Shown here in pieces: positions 1-8,821 of a stretch of 37,638 nucleotides of DNA. Position 1 is the stretch's first letter, and every line of letters begins with the position of its first letter. Position numbers and translations under genes: made by a program. The notes beneath the pieces are model-generated. The model had not been told where the DNA came from, made no database searches, and saw nothing but the letters and a program-made list of their open reading frames with translations. The stretch comes from a virus. Taxonomy: Duplodnaviria; Caudoviricetes. The DNA is taken from positions 1 through 37,638 of the IMG/VR virus record IMGVR_UViG_3300011338_000863, one strand, 5' to 3'.

Positions 1-127
1 CAGCAAGAGGCCAAGGACTCGAACGCTTCATGGGTTAACGATCCGAACAATCCGATTAACGCGGATCAGGCATTGGACGTGTCCAAGTTGCCTCCAGAAT
101 TATTGAAACACGTGCTTCGTGCTCAAG
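1..127. repeat. Terminal direct repeat, copy 1 (identical to 37512..37638)
   Basis: CAGCAAGAGG...GCTCAAG (127 nt) is identical at both ends. The ORF starting at 36510 reads in frame through the junction. Confidence 0.97.
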
Positions 128-144
128 GGGGGAAGGGTAATTAA
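1..144 (+). CDS. 3' end of the virion/ejection-type protein that starts at 36510 and spans the circular junction
   Basis: Frame 1 QQEAKDSNASW...RAQGGKGN ends at TAA 142-144, immediately followed by ATG 145. Confidence 0.85.
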   Translation, partial: QQEAKDSNASWVNDPNNPINADQALDVSKLPPELLKHVLRAQGGKGN

Positions 145-1161
145 ATGGCCGGATATTTTGTAGATGACGCAATCAATGCCATGATTGGCATGATCGCCAG
201 GGACAAAGCTAAGGAAGAGCGTGAGAAGATCATCGGTGAGCTACCCGACACGCCTAACCAGAGCGATTTGCCGTTTTGGGACCCTAGGCGGTACAAGACC
301 CCAGAGGAAGCCGAGTCAAATCTCGTCTCTTTGGACCCCAAATATAGAGACATGCAGATGCAGGCCTTGCAGGGGTTACGAGATAAAGCAAGTGGAGCTG
401 CCTCAGCCCAGGAAGATGCAGACCGGTTACAAGCTGTAACTGAAGCAAACGACTTTGCGCGCGGACGAGAAGAAGGTGTTTTGAACAACGCCAAGGCTCG
501 CGGTGTAGGCGGCGGTGGTATGGAGTTCGCTTTGCGGGCTCAGGCTGGTCAGGATGCGGCCAACAGGGTTGGACAACTGACCAACCAGTCGGCGGCGAAT
601 GCGGCGATGCAGCGATTAGCGGCTCAAGGTGCCTACAGTCAGGGCGTGGGGAACATGCGTACCCAGGAACAGCAAATGGCTGCCCAGAATGCAGACATCT
701 TGAACCAGTTTAATATGTACAATACGGGTCTCAAGAACCAGACCAATAATGCAAATACTAACATGCAGAATCATGCTGGGTTAGACAAAGTTAACCGGAC
801 CGAGGCGCGCGGACAGCGTGGCTTCCAGAATGCACAGTCGAACTGGGATCGCAAACTCGGCCTCAACCAACAGAATGTGAATGATATTTATGATGAAGGA
901 AAGAGCCTACAAGGCATTAATGAAGGTTTTTGGAACGTTGTCCGACAAGCTGCAGCGTCTGGTATGGGTGGTGAAGGAGGCGGTGGCGGCGGCGGAGGGT
1001 TCAACATCGGGCAGTTTATGGGTCAGGGTGGCGGTGGCGGCGGCGCTGCTGGCGGTGGCGGCGGCTACAGCAACATATCTATGCCTATGAATATGAACAT
1101 GAGTCAGCAAATGCCTAATTATCAGGACGATGCTTGGCTTTACCAGCGACGAGGTTTGTAA
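145..1161 (+). CDS. Putative internal virion (DNA ejection/pilot) protein
   Basis: 338 aa, Q/A/N/G-rich helical low-complexity protein with poly-Gly tracts, located after the tail genes as in podoviruses. Confidence 0.6.
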   Translation: MAGYFVDDAINAMIGMIARDKAKEEREKIIGELPDTPNQSDLPFWDPRRYKTPEEAESNLVSLDPKYRDMQMQALQGLRDKASGAASAQEDADRLQAVTEANDFARGREEGVLNNAKARGVGGGGMEFALRAQAGQDAANRVGQLTNQSAANAAMQRLAAQGAYSQGVGNMRTQEQQMAAQNADILNQFNMYNTGLKNQTNNANTNMQNHAGLDKVNRTEARGQRGFQNAQSNWDRKLGLNQQNVNDIYDEGKSLQGINEGFWNVVRQAAASGMGGEGGGGGGGGFNIGQFMGQGGGGGGAAGGGGGYSNISMPMNMNMSQQMPNYQDDAWLYQRRGL

Positions 1162-2624
1162 TGTACGGTTATCCAAATATTGACTTAACAGACGAGCAGA
1201 TTGAAGAGCTCAGCAGGATGAATAACGTCGCTCAAACGGAGCAAGCTCCCCCCGTGGAAGCTCCGCCGAGCTATGAGACCACGATTAGGTCAGATAAGGA
1301 CCGTTTCAAGACTTTGGCTCGGCAACTTGGACTTTTGTCCGATCCCAAGGGGATTAATGACTATGGCGACAAAATTAAAAGCCTGGTCAATGAGATCCCC
1401 CAGGGACGGGTCACCCAACAGCAGATGCAGGATGTCGCCGATAAGCGCGCCGGGATTAGTTTTTTAACTAATCCAGGACGAAGTATGTTTTATGGCAATG
1501 GCCAAGCAACCGATGTTACACCTTATAGCATTGAAGGCAATCGTAAGTTCGGTGAAGAGCTAATGAACCGGGCCAATGTCCCCCTGGAATATGCGGATAA
1601 ACTGCGGAAATACAACTCCGAGGACATGAAGAAACTCGAAGGTGCGCAGGCTCTTGAGCTTAACGAGATGGACAAGAAGACTAAGGCGGCCAGCGGCCTA
1701 GTTGAGAGGGAGAAGTCCGTTCAGGCATTAAAAACCAAAATGGACATGGACGACCCGAACTCTCAGATCTCAAAGGACGCGGCCAAAATATTCCAAGCGC
1801 AATTAGATGCCCAGATTGCCGAGAATGAAGGAGATGCCAGGCCTCGTTACCGAAACCTTTCCCAGCAAATGAAGGCAGCAAAGTTGGCAGCTTCCGGGGC
1901 AAGTTATAATCAAATCCAAGGATTAATGGCCAAGGACACCGAGCTTTACAAACGGGTCAAAGAGAAAGTCGATCAGGACATCAAAGAGAAATACGGCGAA
2001 GAGATGGCCGCTTCGGCTGGTATTCGTGCCAACGCTGCCATGAAACAGGCTGACCTGCCTAAGCACGAAGAAATGGTCCTTATCAAGGATATGAACCGAC
2101 TTAAGTCAACCGTCGACGCGATGGGCGAACTCGGGAAAATGAAGAGTAATGTCAATACAGGGATTCTTGAGGGTCCGGTCAAGTCTGCTTTGTCTAAGCT
2201 CGGAGTGGAATACAATGACATGGTTGAGCTCAAAGCGGGTATTGCCAGGATTTTCAATCGAGAGACGAAGGAAATTGCTGGTGTGGCTGTTTCTCCGAGC
2301 GAATGGGCGCGCATCGAACCTTCTTTGCCTAAGTACAATGATGACGATGATGTGTTTATGACCAAGCTTAAGAAGGCTATCATCGAGACCCAGCGTCTAT
2401 TGGACGACAAAGTGGACGAGTACGAGATTTACAAGGGAAAACCCATTGATCTCAACAAATATAAAGCCAGGATAGCGGCCGACCCTGAAAAGATGGCTCA
2501 TGTCCCGCCTCCGCCGGCAGCAACCGAGAAAACACCTGGATATCATGGAGACATCGTTCAGCAGAACGGCGTCAGCTATAAGTGGTCCATAAAAGAGAAG
2601 AAATACAAACCAGCGAGCATGTAA
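1161..2624 (+). CDS. Putative internal virion/ejection protein
   Basis: Long helical/coiled-coil ORF. The likely start is ATG 1161, overlapping the upstream TAA (TAATG). Confidence 0.55.
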   Translation: MYGYPNIDLTDEQIEELSRMNNVAQTEQAPPVEAPPSYETTIRSDKDRFKTLARQLGLLSDPKGINDYGDKIKSLVNEIPQGRVTQQQMQDVADKRAGISFLTNPGRSMFYGNGQATDVTPYSIEGNRKFGEELMNRANVPLEYADKLRKYNSEDMKKLEGAQALELNEMDKKTKAASGLVEREKSVQALKTKMDMDDPNSQISKDAAKIFQAQLDAQIAENEGDARPRYRNLSQQMKAAKLAASGASYNQIQGLMAKDTELYKRVKEKVDQDIKEKYGEEMAASAGIRANAAMKQADLPKHEEMVLIKDMNRLKSTVDAMGELGKMKSNVNTGILEGPVKSALSKLGVEYNDMVELKAGIARIFNRETKEIAGVAVSPSEWARIEPSLPKYNDDDDVFMTKLKKAIIETQRLLDDKVDEYEIYKGKPIDLNKYKARIAADPEKMAHVPPPPAATEKTPGYHGDIVQQNGVSYKWSIKEKKYKPASM

Positions 2625-2628
2625 AACC

Positions 2629-4332
2629 ATGGCAGAACCAGAATTCGATCCCAACAAGCCCTTTGACGTCGTAAGTGACAAGAAAGTTCCAGAATTCGAC
2701 CCAAACCAGAAATTTGAGGTTGTCAAAGGAGGCGCGCCCATTCAGGCAGATTTTAGGCCTGACCAGCCGTTTGAAGTTAAGAAATCGGCTCCGCCTAGTG
2801 TGTTAGAGTCCATTTTACGTGGTTTGGCTCAAGGGGCAAGCCTTGGTTATGCCGATGAAGCAATCGGCGGTGTAAAATCATTGCTTGGACCTAGGTCATA
2901 CCAAGAATATCGAGATGAACAGCGCGTTGCCGATGAGAATGCGCGGGGTACCAACCCGAAATCGTTTATCGCGTCTGAATTTGCAGGTGGGGTGGCAACG
3001 CCTATCGCCGCGGCGCGCGCACTCAAGGTCCTTGGACTAGCTAGTAATGCAGCCAACGCATCAAAATACCTGGATTTCGCCAAGAGGGCTGGTTCGGGAG
3101 CCATCCAAACAGGATTGACTGATTATGGCCAATCGAAGGGCGAATTTGACCCTAAAGAGACGGCTTCGGCGCTTGGATCCGGCGCGGCAATGTCTTTTGC
3201 CCCAGAAGCAATCAAGGGAGCAGTTAAAGCGTTATCTTACCCTGCTAGGGGAGTTATGTCCGCACTTGGATACACCGGACAGCTACCTCAGCGGGCAATA
3301 GAGGCTTCAGCTAAATGGTTGGGTGGGAAGACCCCGCCTGAGATGATAGAGAAGACTTCTTATCGGGAAACCGGGTCAAAGCTAACAAAGGAGTACGGAG
3401 AAGCTATGCGCCGCCGAGCGCTATCTGACAAAGATGACATCATCAAAAAAATGTCATTCAATCCTACTCATATGTCTTATGACGATTTGAATCCCGATCA
3501 GCGTGAAGAGCTTGCCGGTGTGTTGCAATCCTTAATCAAAAATCGTGGCCGCGAATCCTATGAGGTGCCAAAGAATTTGATCGCTCAGCAGCTGGAAAGC
3601 CAGCTTGGCGTATCCGAAGAGTTGAGGAAAACTCCGGTGATAGATTTGATGCAGGCCCGGATGAGAATGACACCTAAGACCGCTTACGAATATGCGGCCA
3701 CGGCGAACAAAACAGTGCCAATTGGCAACGTGAATAACGAAGCAGCTCTGACCTCTCGTGACTCCATCCTGCGTACTCTTGACCAGCATAATCGAGGGAA
3801 CATTAATCAAAACTTTGAAGACGTGGCCCAATATGGCGAAGGGATGAAAAAGGCTGGATTTGGTAACATCGTCATGGACCTTGAGAATAAATATAAGGCT
3901 GCGCCGAACCCACGAGAGCAAGTCTTAATGAGAGAAATCGAAGAAAAGGGTTCAATTGCCCGTGAGGCGCTGAAAAACATCAATATTGGAAGAGACAAAA
4001 TCAAGGATGCGATGCCCCTGTTCGGCGTATCAGGGACAATATTGAGCGGGTCAGATTCCTTGGGATCAATGGGCCAATTTGCAAGCAGGATGAGCAAAAA
4101 GATGACACCAGAGGGTGCAGCCAAGAGCATCGTGGCCAATCCTTCAATCCTTCAGGCCTTAGCTGGTCGTGGTGGGGAATTAGGTAAAATGTCTCAGGAA
4201 TTACTTGATTCAACGAACGCGGCGGGGATGACTGGCCTTAAGAGCAAGGCCTTTGTGATGTCCATGCACCCTAAGTTTAGAGCTCTCTTTTCGGACGATA
4301 AAGCCAATCAAGATCTCCAAAGTCAAGAGTGA
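2629..4332 (+). CDS. Putative large internal virion/ejection protein
   Basis: 567 aa with 'RGLAQGASLGYADE' and an Ala/Gly-rich membrane-interacting-like N-terminal half typical of podovirus ejection proteins; last gene of the late operon. Confidence 0.6.
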   Translation: MAEPEFDPNKPFDVVSDKKVPEFDPNQKFEVVKGGAPIQADFRPDQPFEVKKSAPPSVLESILRGLAQGASLGYADEAIGGVKSLLGPRSYQEYRDEQRVADENARGTNPKSFIASEFAGGVATPIAAARALKVLGLASNAANASKYLDFAKRAGSGAIQTGLTDYGQSKGEFDPKETASALGSGAAMSFAPEAIKGAVKALSYPARGVMSALGYTGQLPQRAIEASAKWLGGKTPPEMIEKTSYRETGSKLTKEYGEAMRRRALSDKDDIIKKMSFNPTHMSYDDLNPDQREELAGVLQSLIKNRGRESYEVPKNLIAQQLESQLGVSEELRKTPVIDLMQARMRMTPKTAYEYAATANKTVPIGNVNNEAALTSRDSILRTLDQHNRGNINQNFEDVAQYGEGMKKAGFGNIVMDLENKYKAAPNPREQVLMREIEEKGSIAREALKNINIGRDKIKDAMPLFGVSGTILSGSDSLGSMGQFASRMSKKMTPEGAAKSIVANPSILQALAGRGGELGKMSQELLDSTNAAGMTGLKSKAFVMSMHPKFRALFSDDKANQDLQSQE

Positions 4333-4627
4333 ATTTAGCTCCCCGTAACCTCTCGCACTCTCTTAGCCAGTTTTTAGCTTTCCTAAATGAAGCTCTCATT
4401 TCGGCCAATTCCAATTCAGCAGAGCTGGTCGGTATTCTTGGCATTCCAGAGGCCATGGCTGTTACCGTGTTCATATTCCTAATGTTTTGCTTGTTGTTCT
4501 CGACAATGGATTTCTCATTGGAAACAGCCTCGCTTAAAACCGGTATCCTGGCCTTAATCCAGTCTGCCAGATCACTAAGAGGGACGATAAGATCTTCGCC
4601 ATAATAGTCAAAAAAATGATCACGCAT
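4277..4627 (-). CDS. Hypothetical protein
   Basis: 116-aa ORF coupled to the upstream minus-strand gene; converges on the late operon. Confidence 0.7.
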   Translation of the reverse strand: MRDHFFDYYGEDLIVPLSDLADWIKARIPVLSEAVSNEKSIVENNKQNIRNMNTVTAMASGMPRIPTSSAELELAEMRASFRKAKNWLRECERLRGAKFTLDFGDLDWLYRPKREL

Positions 4628-4874
4628 TTACTGTTTCTACCTTTTTACCGCGCGGTCCCATTCTCTTGAACGTATATTTCTTTTTCTTCTTAACTTTGGC
4701 CCCCGAAGGAGTCTCGCCTGTGAACTCGGCTGGCTCAGATACCTTGAACTTTACCTTTGCAACAGGCAATCCACGTGCGGTGCTCGATGGGAGATAGAAC
4801 TCCATTAGCTTTAAAGCCACTGCGGAAAGGTCTATCTCACGGCCAACATCAATACTTTCAATTATGATTCTCAT
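4620..4874 (-). CDS. Hypothetical basic protein
   Basis: Start at ATG 4874 (MRIIIES) preceded by an AAGGAG Shine-Dalgarno; Lys-rich C-terminus. Confidence 0.7.
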   Translation of the reverse strand: MRIIIESIDVGREIDLSAVALKLMEFYLPSSTARGLPVAKVKFKVSEPAEFTGETPSGAKVKKKKKYTFKRMGPRGKKVETVNA

Positions 4875-5799
4875 CTTTAGTCTCCTTTGAATTGTTAAAA
4901 TTGACATCCATGCGATCTGCAATCACCTTTAACAGGCGGGTTGTCCATTCTTTTACAGGATCTGATTTTGTTGACTTCAGAACCTTTTGCACCTCTACAG
5001 CAGCGTCATTGAGTTGGTCAATGTTCAAATCACTGATTAGGATGCCCTTAAGAGCGGTGAGACCCGGTATCCTATCGCACCATGTATCAGGGATGACCAA
5101 TATTGGTGGAATTTCAGGCTTCTTTTCTTGCATAGGAGGAGGTGGATTTACGTTACCATACGGATGAGGCAAGTCGTCTCCCTTAAATATGTCGTCATTT
5201 TTCTGCCTATCTGTTCTCGTATCAGCCTCTTTGAATTCTGCTTCAAGTGCTCCAAAGTCTTTTGGTGCCACATTGTTTTCAGTTGTTCGGGATTCCCTAA
5301 CACCAGGATCTTGACTCTTAATGCTTTCCACCTCTGTCTCGTCAAGCATGCCTAGACCGCACAGCGACAGAACGGCACGGCGCTTAGCTTTCGTTTCAGC
5401 TTTCATCATCGCATTACACAGGTCTTCTCCTCTGAGAGCCCCAAGTAGAACAGCGCCAGTTGACTCATCAGAACGTCCTGTCGACATTTCAGTCACACGG
5501 CAGGTCACAACGTAAATCTCACCGACCTTCTCTTTGGACGTTATTTCCCTCTTAAGAGCCCTGGTCCTACATAGTGCGTCAGTGCACGCCTTTAGGGCGT
5601 AGAGAGTTTTTTTACCCTTGAATACCAACACCTCAAATGGTTTCTCGGCTGGGTCGAGACCAAGCTCGTTGCATCTATATAAATAGTAAGAAGTTAGTTC
5701 TTCTGGCTTTAACCCAGAGAGATCCCCGTTGGTAACCATTTTGTTTATTACTTCTGGAGCAAGAGATACTTTTTCTCTCACCGTTAATTCTTTTGACAT
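4858..5799 (-). CDS. Single-strand annealing/recombination protein (RecT/Bet-like)
   Basis: N-terminal GDLSGL...C..LGLDP..KPF...GK..LYA and 'MMKAETKAKRRAVLSLCGLG' helix resemble phage annealases; AGGAG SD. Confidence 0.6.
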   Translation of the reverse strand: MSKELTVREKVSLAPEVINKMVTNGDLSGLKPEELTSYYLYRCNELGLDPAEKPFEVLVFKGKKTLYALKACTDALCRTRALKREITSKEKVGEIYVVTCRVTEMSTGRSDESTGAVLLGALRGEDLCNAMMKAETKAKRRAVLSLCGLGMLDETEVESIKSQDPGVRESRTTENNVAPKDFGALEAEFKEADTRTDRQKNDDIFKGDDLPHPYGNVNPPPPMQEKKPEIPPILVIPDTWCDRIPGLTALKGILISDLNIDQLNDAAVEVQKVLKSTKSDPVKEWTTRLLKVIADRMDVNFNNSKETKDENHN

Positions 5800-5807
5800 A
5801 TTTTCTC

Positions 5808-5882
5808 CTAAAACATGAAGCCAAAATAAATGATCTCAACAATAAACAACAAGAGTGCCGAACCTTCAAAAATGTTTCGCAT
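5808..5882 (-). CDS. Possible 24-aa membrane peptide (MRNIFEGSALLLFIVEIIYFGFMF)
   Basis: Fills the gap between two minus-strand genes; AAGGGGA SD; hydrophobic. Not in the ORF track. Confidence 0.45.
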   Translation of the reverse strand: MRNIFEGSALLLFIVEIIYFGFMF

Positions 5883-6060
5883 ATTTATCCCTTTTCGAGC
5901 AACTGCAATCTTTGTCCAACAAGTCACCTGTATTCGACCGGATCGCTCTCAAATGCGTTCCAAGTTCGAACATTTGGTCCCTTATACCATGTAGATGATT
6001 TCCTACCATGTATAAAAGGTAAACAATGGCGCCCAATGAAAACCCAAGTAAGTATTCCAT
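5866..6060 (-). CDS. Small protein with N-terminal transmembrane segment
   Basis: MEYLLGFSLGAIVYLLYMVG hydrophobic N-terminus; first gene of the leftward unit. Confidence 0.6.
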   Translation of the reverse strand: MEYLLGFSLGAIVYLLYMVGNHLHGIRDQMFELGTHLRAIRSNTGDLLDKDCSCSKRDKYAKHF

Positions 6061-6063
6061 TTA

Positions 6064-6095
6064 ATTATAATCTCACTTGAATTGTTGTTTGTCAA
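6064..6095 (-). promoter_or_regulatory. Leftward sigma70-type promoter
   Basis: TTGACA (6095-6090), 17 nt, then TGA-GATTAT; a TATAAT lies 3 nt further on. The predicted start site is near ATG 6060. Confidence 0.55.
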
Positions 6096-6126
6096 TTGTT
6101 TGTTTGAAAAAAACTTAAACAATACA

Positions 6127-6155
6127 TTTACAATCAAACAAAACGGTGCTAAGTT
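6127..6155 (+). promoter_or_regulatory. Rightward sigma70-type promoter of the early island
   Basis: TTTACA (6127-6132), 17 nt, extended -10 TGC-TAAGTT (6147-6155); ATG 6163 follows after 7 nt. Confidence 0.6.
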
Positions 6156-6162
6156 TATTACT

Positions 6163-6381
6163 ATGTCAAAAAAAGAAGTTTTACACAAACTAAAAGTGGC
6201 ATGCGAGGTTAGGAAAATTAATCCGTCTCGGCTTGCTGCTGAAATTGGATGTTCTCCGAGTTATATTAATTTACTATTTAGCGGTCATTATCGCTATGAG
6301 CCCAGTGATGCATTCATCGAGGCGGCCAATGAGTGGCTTGATCGATGCTGGGTGTGTGGAAAGGATTGGAACAAGAAATGA
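6163..6381 (+). CDS. XRE/Cro-like helix-turn-helix regulator
   Basis: INPSRLAAEIGCSPSYINLLFSG is a classic HTH. ATG 6163 is preferred over the upstream TTG in the ORF track. Confidence 0.8.
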   Translation: MSKKEVLHKLKVACEVRKINPSRLAAEIGCSPSYINLLFSGHYRYEPSDAFIEAANEWLDRCWVCGKDWNKK

Positions 6382-7244
6382 TAAATGTGGTGGTTGCTTA
6401 CGCAGACGGAAATACAGACAGTCACGAGGTAAGTATAATCAGGTTCCCTGATGGCCAGACAAGTTCGTACATCAAAGACTTGAAGCCAATGGAAAAGGTT
6501 TGTTTTGTTGAGGTTAAATGCAGAATATTCAACAACGACGATTACATGTCCCTTCTTCAGGTGTGTGATATAATTAATCGCACGGGATGGACGTACGACA
6601 TCCATATGCCATATCTCTTCGCGGCGAGAAGCGATCGAGCATTTTCCGATGTGAGGAGTGTTGACCTTCCTGTTTACCTTAACCCTTTGATGGCCAATAT
6701 GAAACACGGGACACTGCGTAACATTTTGGTGTTTGATGCGCATAATAATTTTATCATTCCCGAGGAAGGAAGGATTCATTATCACAAAATGAGGAGGGTT
6801 AAGAACTTAGGGCCGAATAAAATAATCAATAAAATTATCGGGAAGATAGGAGAAGTAAACATTGTTTTCCCGGACCGGGGAGCGATTCTCCGTTATGGTA
6901 AACTTATTATGGAAAGGTCCGGACTCGGAGCTGTTTGCGGAGAAAAAAGTCGAGACAAAGAAGGGAATATCGAGAACGTAGAACTATGTTTTGCTTACCA
7001 AAAGTCAGGAATAAGAAACTATCTTGTCGTAGACGATTTGTGCGATGGAGGAAGAACTTTTATCGAGGTAGCTAAAGGCCTCAGGAGAACTGGGGCTAAA
7101 ATCGAAAGATTAGAGCTTTATGTTTCTCATGGTGTCTTCAGCAATGGGGTTGAGCCGTTGCTCGAGTATTACGACCACATTTACTGCACGAATTCACATC
7201 ATGAATTTGAACACGAAAAAGTTACCCAAATTAAGGTGATATAA
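6378..7244 (+). CDS. prs: Ribose-phosphate pyrophosphokinase-like protein (Adps-like, NARP1)
   Basis: RFPDG, MPYLFAARSDR, FDAH, VFPDRGA, PRPP-binding loop VVDDLCDGGRTF, LYVSHGVFS, CTNS. ATGA overlap with the HTH gene. Confidence 0.9.
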   Translation: MINVVVAYADGNTDSHEVSIIRFPDGQTSSYIKDLKPMEKVCFVEVKCRIFNNDDYMSLLQVCDIINRTGWTYDIHMPYLFAARSDRAFSDVRSVDLPVYLNPLMANMKHGTLRNILVFDAHNNFIIPEEGRIHYHKMRRVKNLGPNKIINKIIGKIGEVNIVFPDRGAILRYGKLIMERSGLGAVCGEKSRDKEGNIENVELCFAYQKSGIRNYLVVDDLCDGGRTFIEVAKGLRRTGAKIERLELYVSHGVFSNGVEPLLEYYDHIYCTNSHHEFEHEKVTQIKVI

Positions 7245-7246
7245 CA

Positions 7247-8662
7247 ATGACGATGAATAACTGGTTACTTTGCACAGACGTTTACAAGCTTGGACACATG
7301 GAACAATACCCCAAAGGGACAACTGAGGTTTATTCTTACCTCCACACGAGAAGTGACAGAAAATACCTCAGGGTGCCTTTCTTTGGTCTGCAGTATCTGC
7401 TTAAGAAATATTTAAGTGAGAAAATCACTTATGACATGTGCTTTGATCTAGCTGAGATAAGAAGAGGTTTAATTGGAGATCGTGGATCGTTCGAATTCTG
7501 TCGTAAATTATCGAATTTATCTGGAATTGGTTATTTGCCATTGAAGATCCGTGCTGTCCCTGAAGGGACCATGGTTAATAACCCGAATGCGTTGATGACC
7601 ATAGTCAATACCCATCCTGAATTTTCATGGCTTCCTGGATACCTGGAATCATTCTTTCTCCAGCTGTGGAATCCATGCACCGTGGCTGCAATGAGTAGGA
7701 AATACTATGAAATCGCCAAAAAATTTGGACTCACTACTTGCGACAATCTCGACCATTTGCCTTATGCTGTCCATGATTTCGGGTATCGTGGTGTGTCATC
7801 AAACGAAACAGCCGCTATTTCTGGTGCAGCCCATCTTATTAACTTCCTTGGTTCTGATACTATACCCGCGGTCAAGCTTATAAAGGATTACTATGGACCA
7901 TGTGATAGCATTGCTAAGTCTGTCCCTGCTAGTGAACACAGTGTTATGTGCGCCTTTGGTCGTAATTTTGAATTGGAGGCCTTTGAGAATATGCTCTCCT
8001 TATACCCGAATGGTATTGTTAGCGTCGTTGCTGACACTTACGACGTTTATAATGCTGTCACCGTTATTGCTGGAAAGCTCAAAGACAAAATCATGTCTCG
8101 CCCAGGAAAAGTAGTTTTCCGCCCAGACAGCGGTGAACCAAATCTTATCATCAATGGGGATAAGTCCGCTGATACGTTGCCTGCTGCTGATGGCGTTCTT
8201 AAATGCTTGCATGATGTTTTCGGTGGAACTGTTAACGGCAAGGGGTACAAAGTGTTAGACGAGCACGTGGGACTAATTTACGGGGATGGGATATTTTATG
8301 AGCGATACGTTGAGATTCTCTCGACGATGCAGGCTAATCGTTTTGCGTCTTCTAATCTCGTTGTTGGCGTGGGCGGCCTATTGCTTCAACAGCACAACCG
8401 CGACGATATGGGTTTTTCGATTAAGGCAACGAATGTTGTGGTTAATGGTGAATCGCGAATGATTTACAAGTCACCGATAACTGACCCTGGTAAGAAGTCT
8501 CACCGCGGCAAGATCATGCTGGTGAAAAATGGTGACAATTACAGCACCATCGACCAAGAGCAATCAGACGGATACACCCAGAACGAAATGCGTACGGTTT
8601 ATCTTGATGGCAAGATTTTAATAGACGAATCATTTGACCAAATTAGAAGCCGTGTGCTATGA
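7247..8662 (+). CDS. nadV: Nicotinamide phosphoribosyltransferase-family protein (Namat-like, NARP1)
   Basis: TDVYKLGH..QYP, FFGLQY, HDFGYRGVSS, SVPASEHSVM, SVVADTYD, RPDSGEP, GLIYGDGI, RDD.GFSIKAT, K.PITDPGKKS. Confidence 0.93.
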   Translation: MTMNNWLLCTDVYKLGHMEQYPKGTTEVYSYLHTRSDRKYLRVPFFGLQYLLKKYLSEKITYDMCFDLAEIRRGLIGDRGSFEFCRKLSNLSGIGYLPLKIRAVPEGTMVNNPNALMTIVNTHPEFSWLPGYLESFFLQLWNPCTVAAMSRKYYEIAKKFGLTTCDNLDHLPYAVHDFGYRGVSSNETAAISGAAHLINFLGSDTIPAVKLIKDYYGPCDSIAKSVPASEHSVMCAFGRNFELEAFENMLSLYPNGIVSVVADTYDVYNAVTVIAGKLKDKIMSRPGKVVFRPDSGEPNLIINGDKSADTLPAADGVLKCLHDVFGGTVNGKGYKVLDEHVGLIYGDGIFYERYVEILSTMQANRFASSNLVVGVGGLLLQQHNRDDMGFSIKATNVVVNGESRMIYKSPITDPGKKSHRGKIMLVKNGDNYSTIDQEQSDGYTQNEMRTVYLDGKILIDESFDQIRSRVL

Positions 8663-8669
8663 GCGGTAT

Positions 8670-8721
8670 GGGACTTTTACAGCAACTTAAATTTTTTGCG
8701 TTAAAAAAACTTATGAGTCCC
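8670..8721 (+). ncRNA. ACAGCA-clamp RNA unit 1 (minimal Y-RNA-like unit)
   Basis: Stem GGGACTT/GAGTCCC, ACAGCA at 8679, internal T-tract/A-tract hairpin. Confidence 0.65.
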
Positions 8722-8731
8722 GATGTACTTT

Positions 8732-8817
8732 GAAACTCTCACAGCAATAATAAAAGGGGTGCAAATCCCCTGATCCCCATTTTTACGGGGATCGCTTAAG
8801 TGCGTATCTAGAGTTTC
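8732..8817 (+). ncRNA. ACAGCA-clamp RNA unit 2 (permuted tRNA-like, YrlA-like)
   Basis: Stem GAAACTCT/AGAGTTTC, ACAGCA at 8741, T-arm AGGGG-TGCAAAT-CCCCT, loop-closed acceptor GATCCCC/GGGGATC, reduced D-like hairpin. Confidence 0.75.
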
Positions 8818-8821
8818 GCAT

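Noticed and set aside
1-127. Biological terminal repeat of the virion DNA
   Set aside because: The 127-nt length matches a common assembly k-mer and the repeat falls inside a coding sequence; it is more likely a circular-assembly overlap.
961-1066. GGC/GGT microsatellite-like repeat
   Set aside because: It simply encodes poly-glycine tracts of the virion protein.
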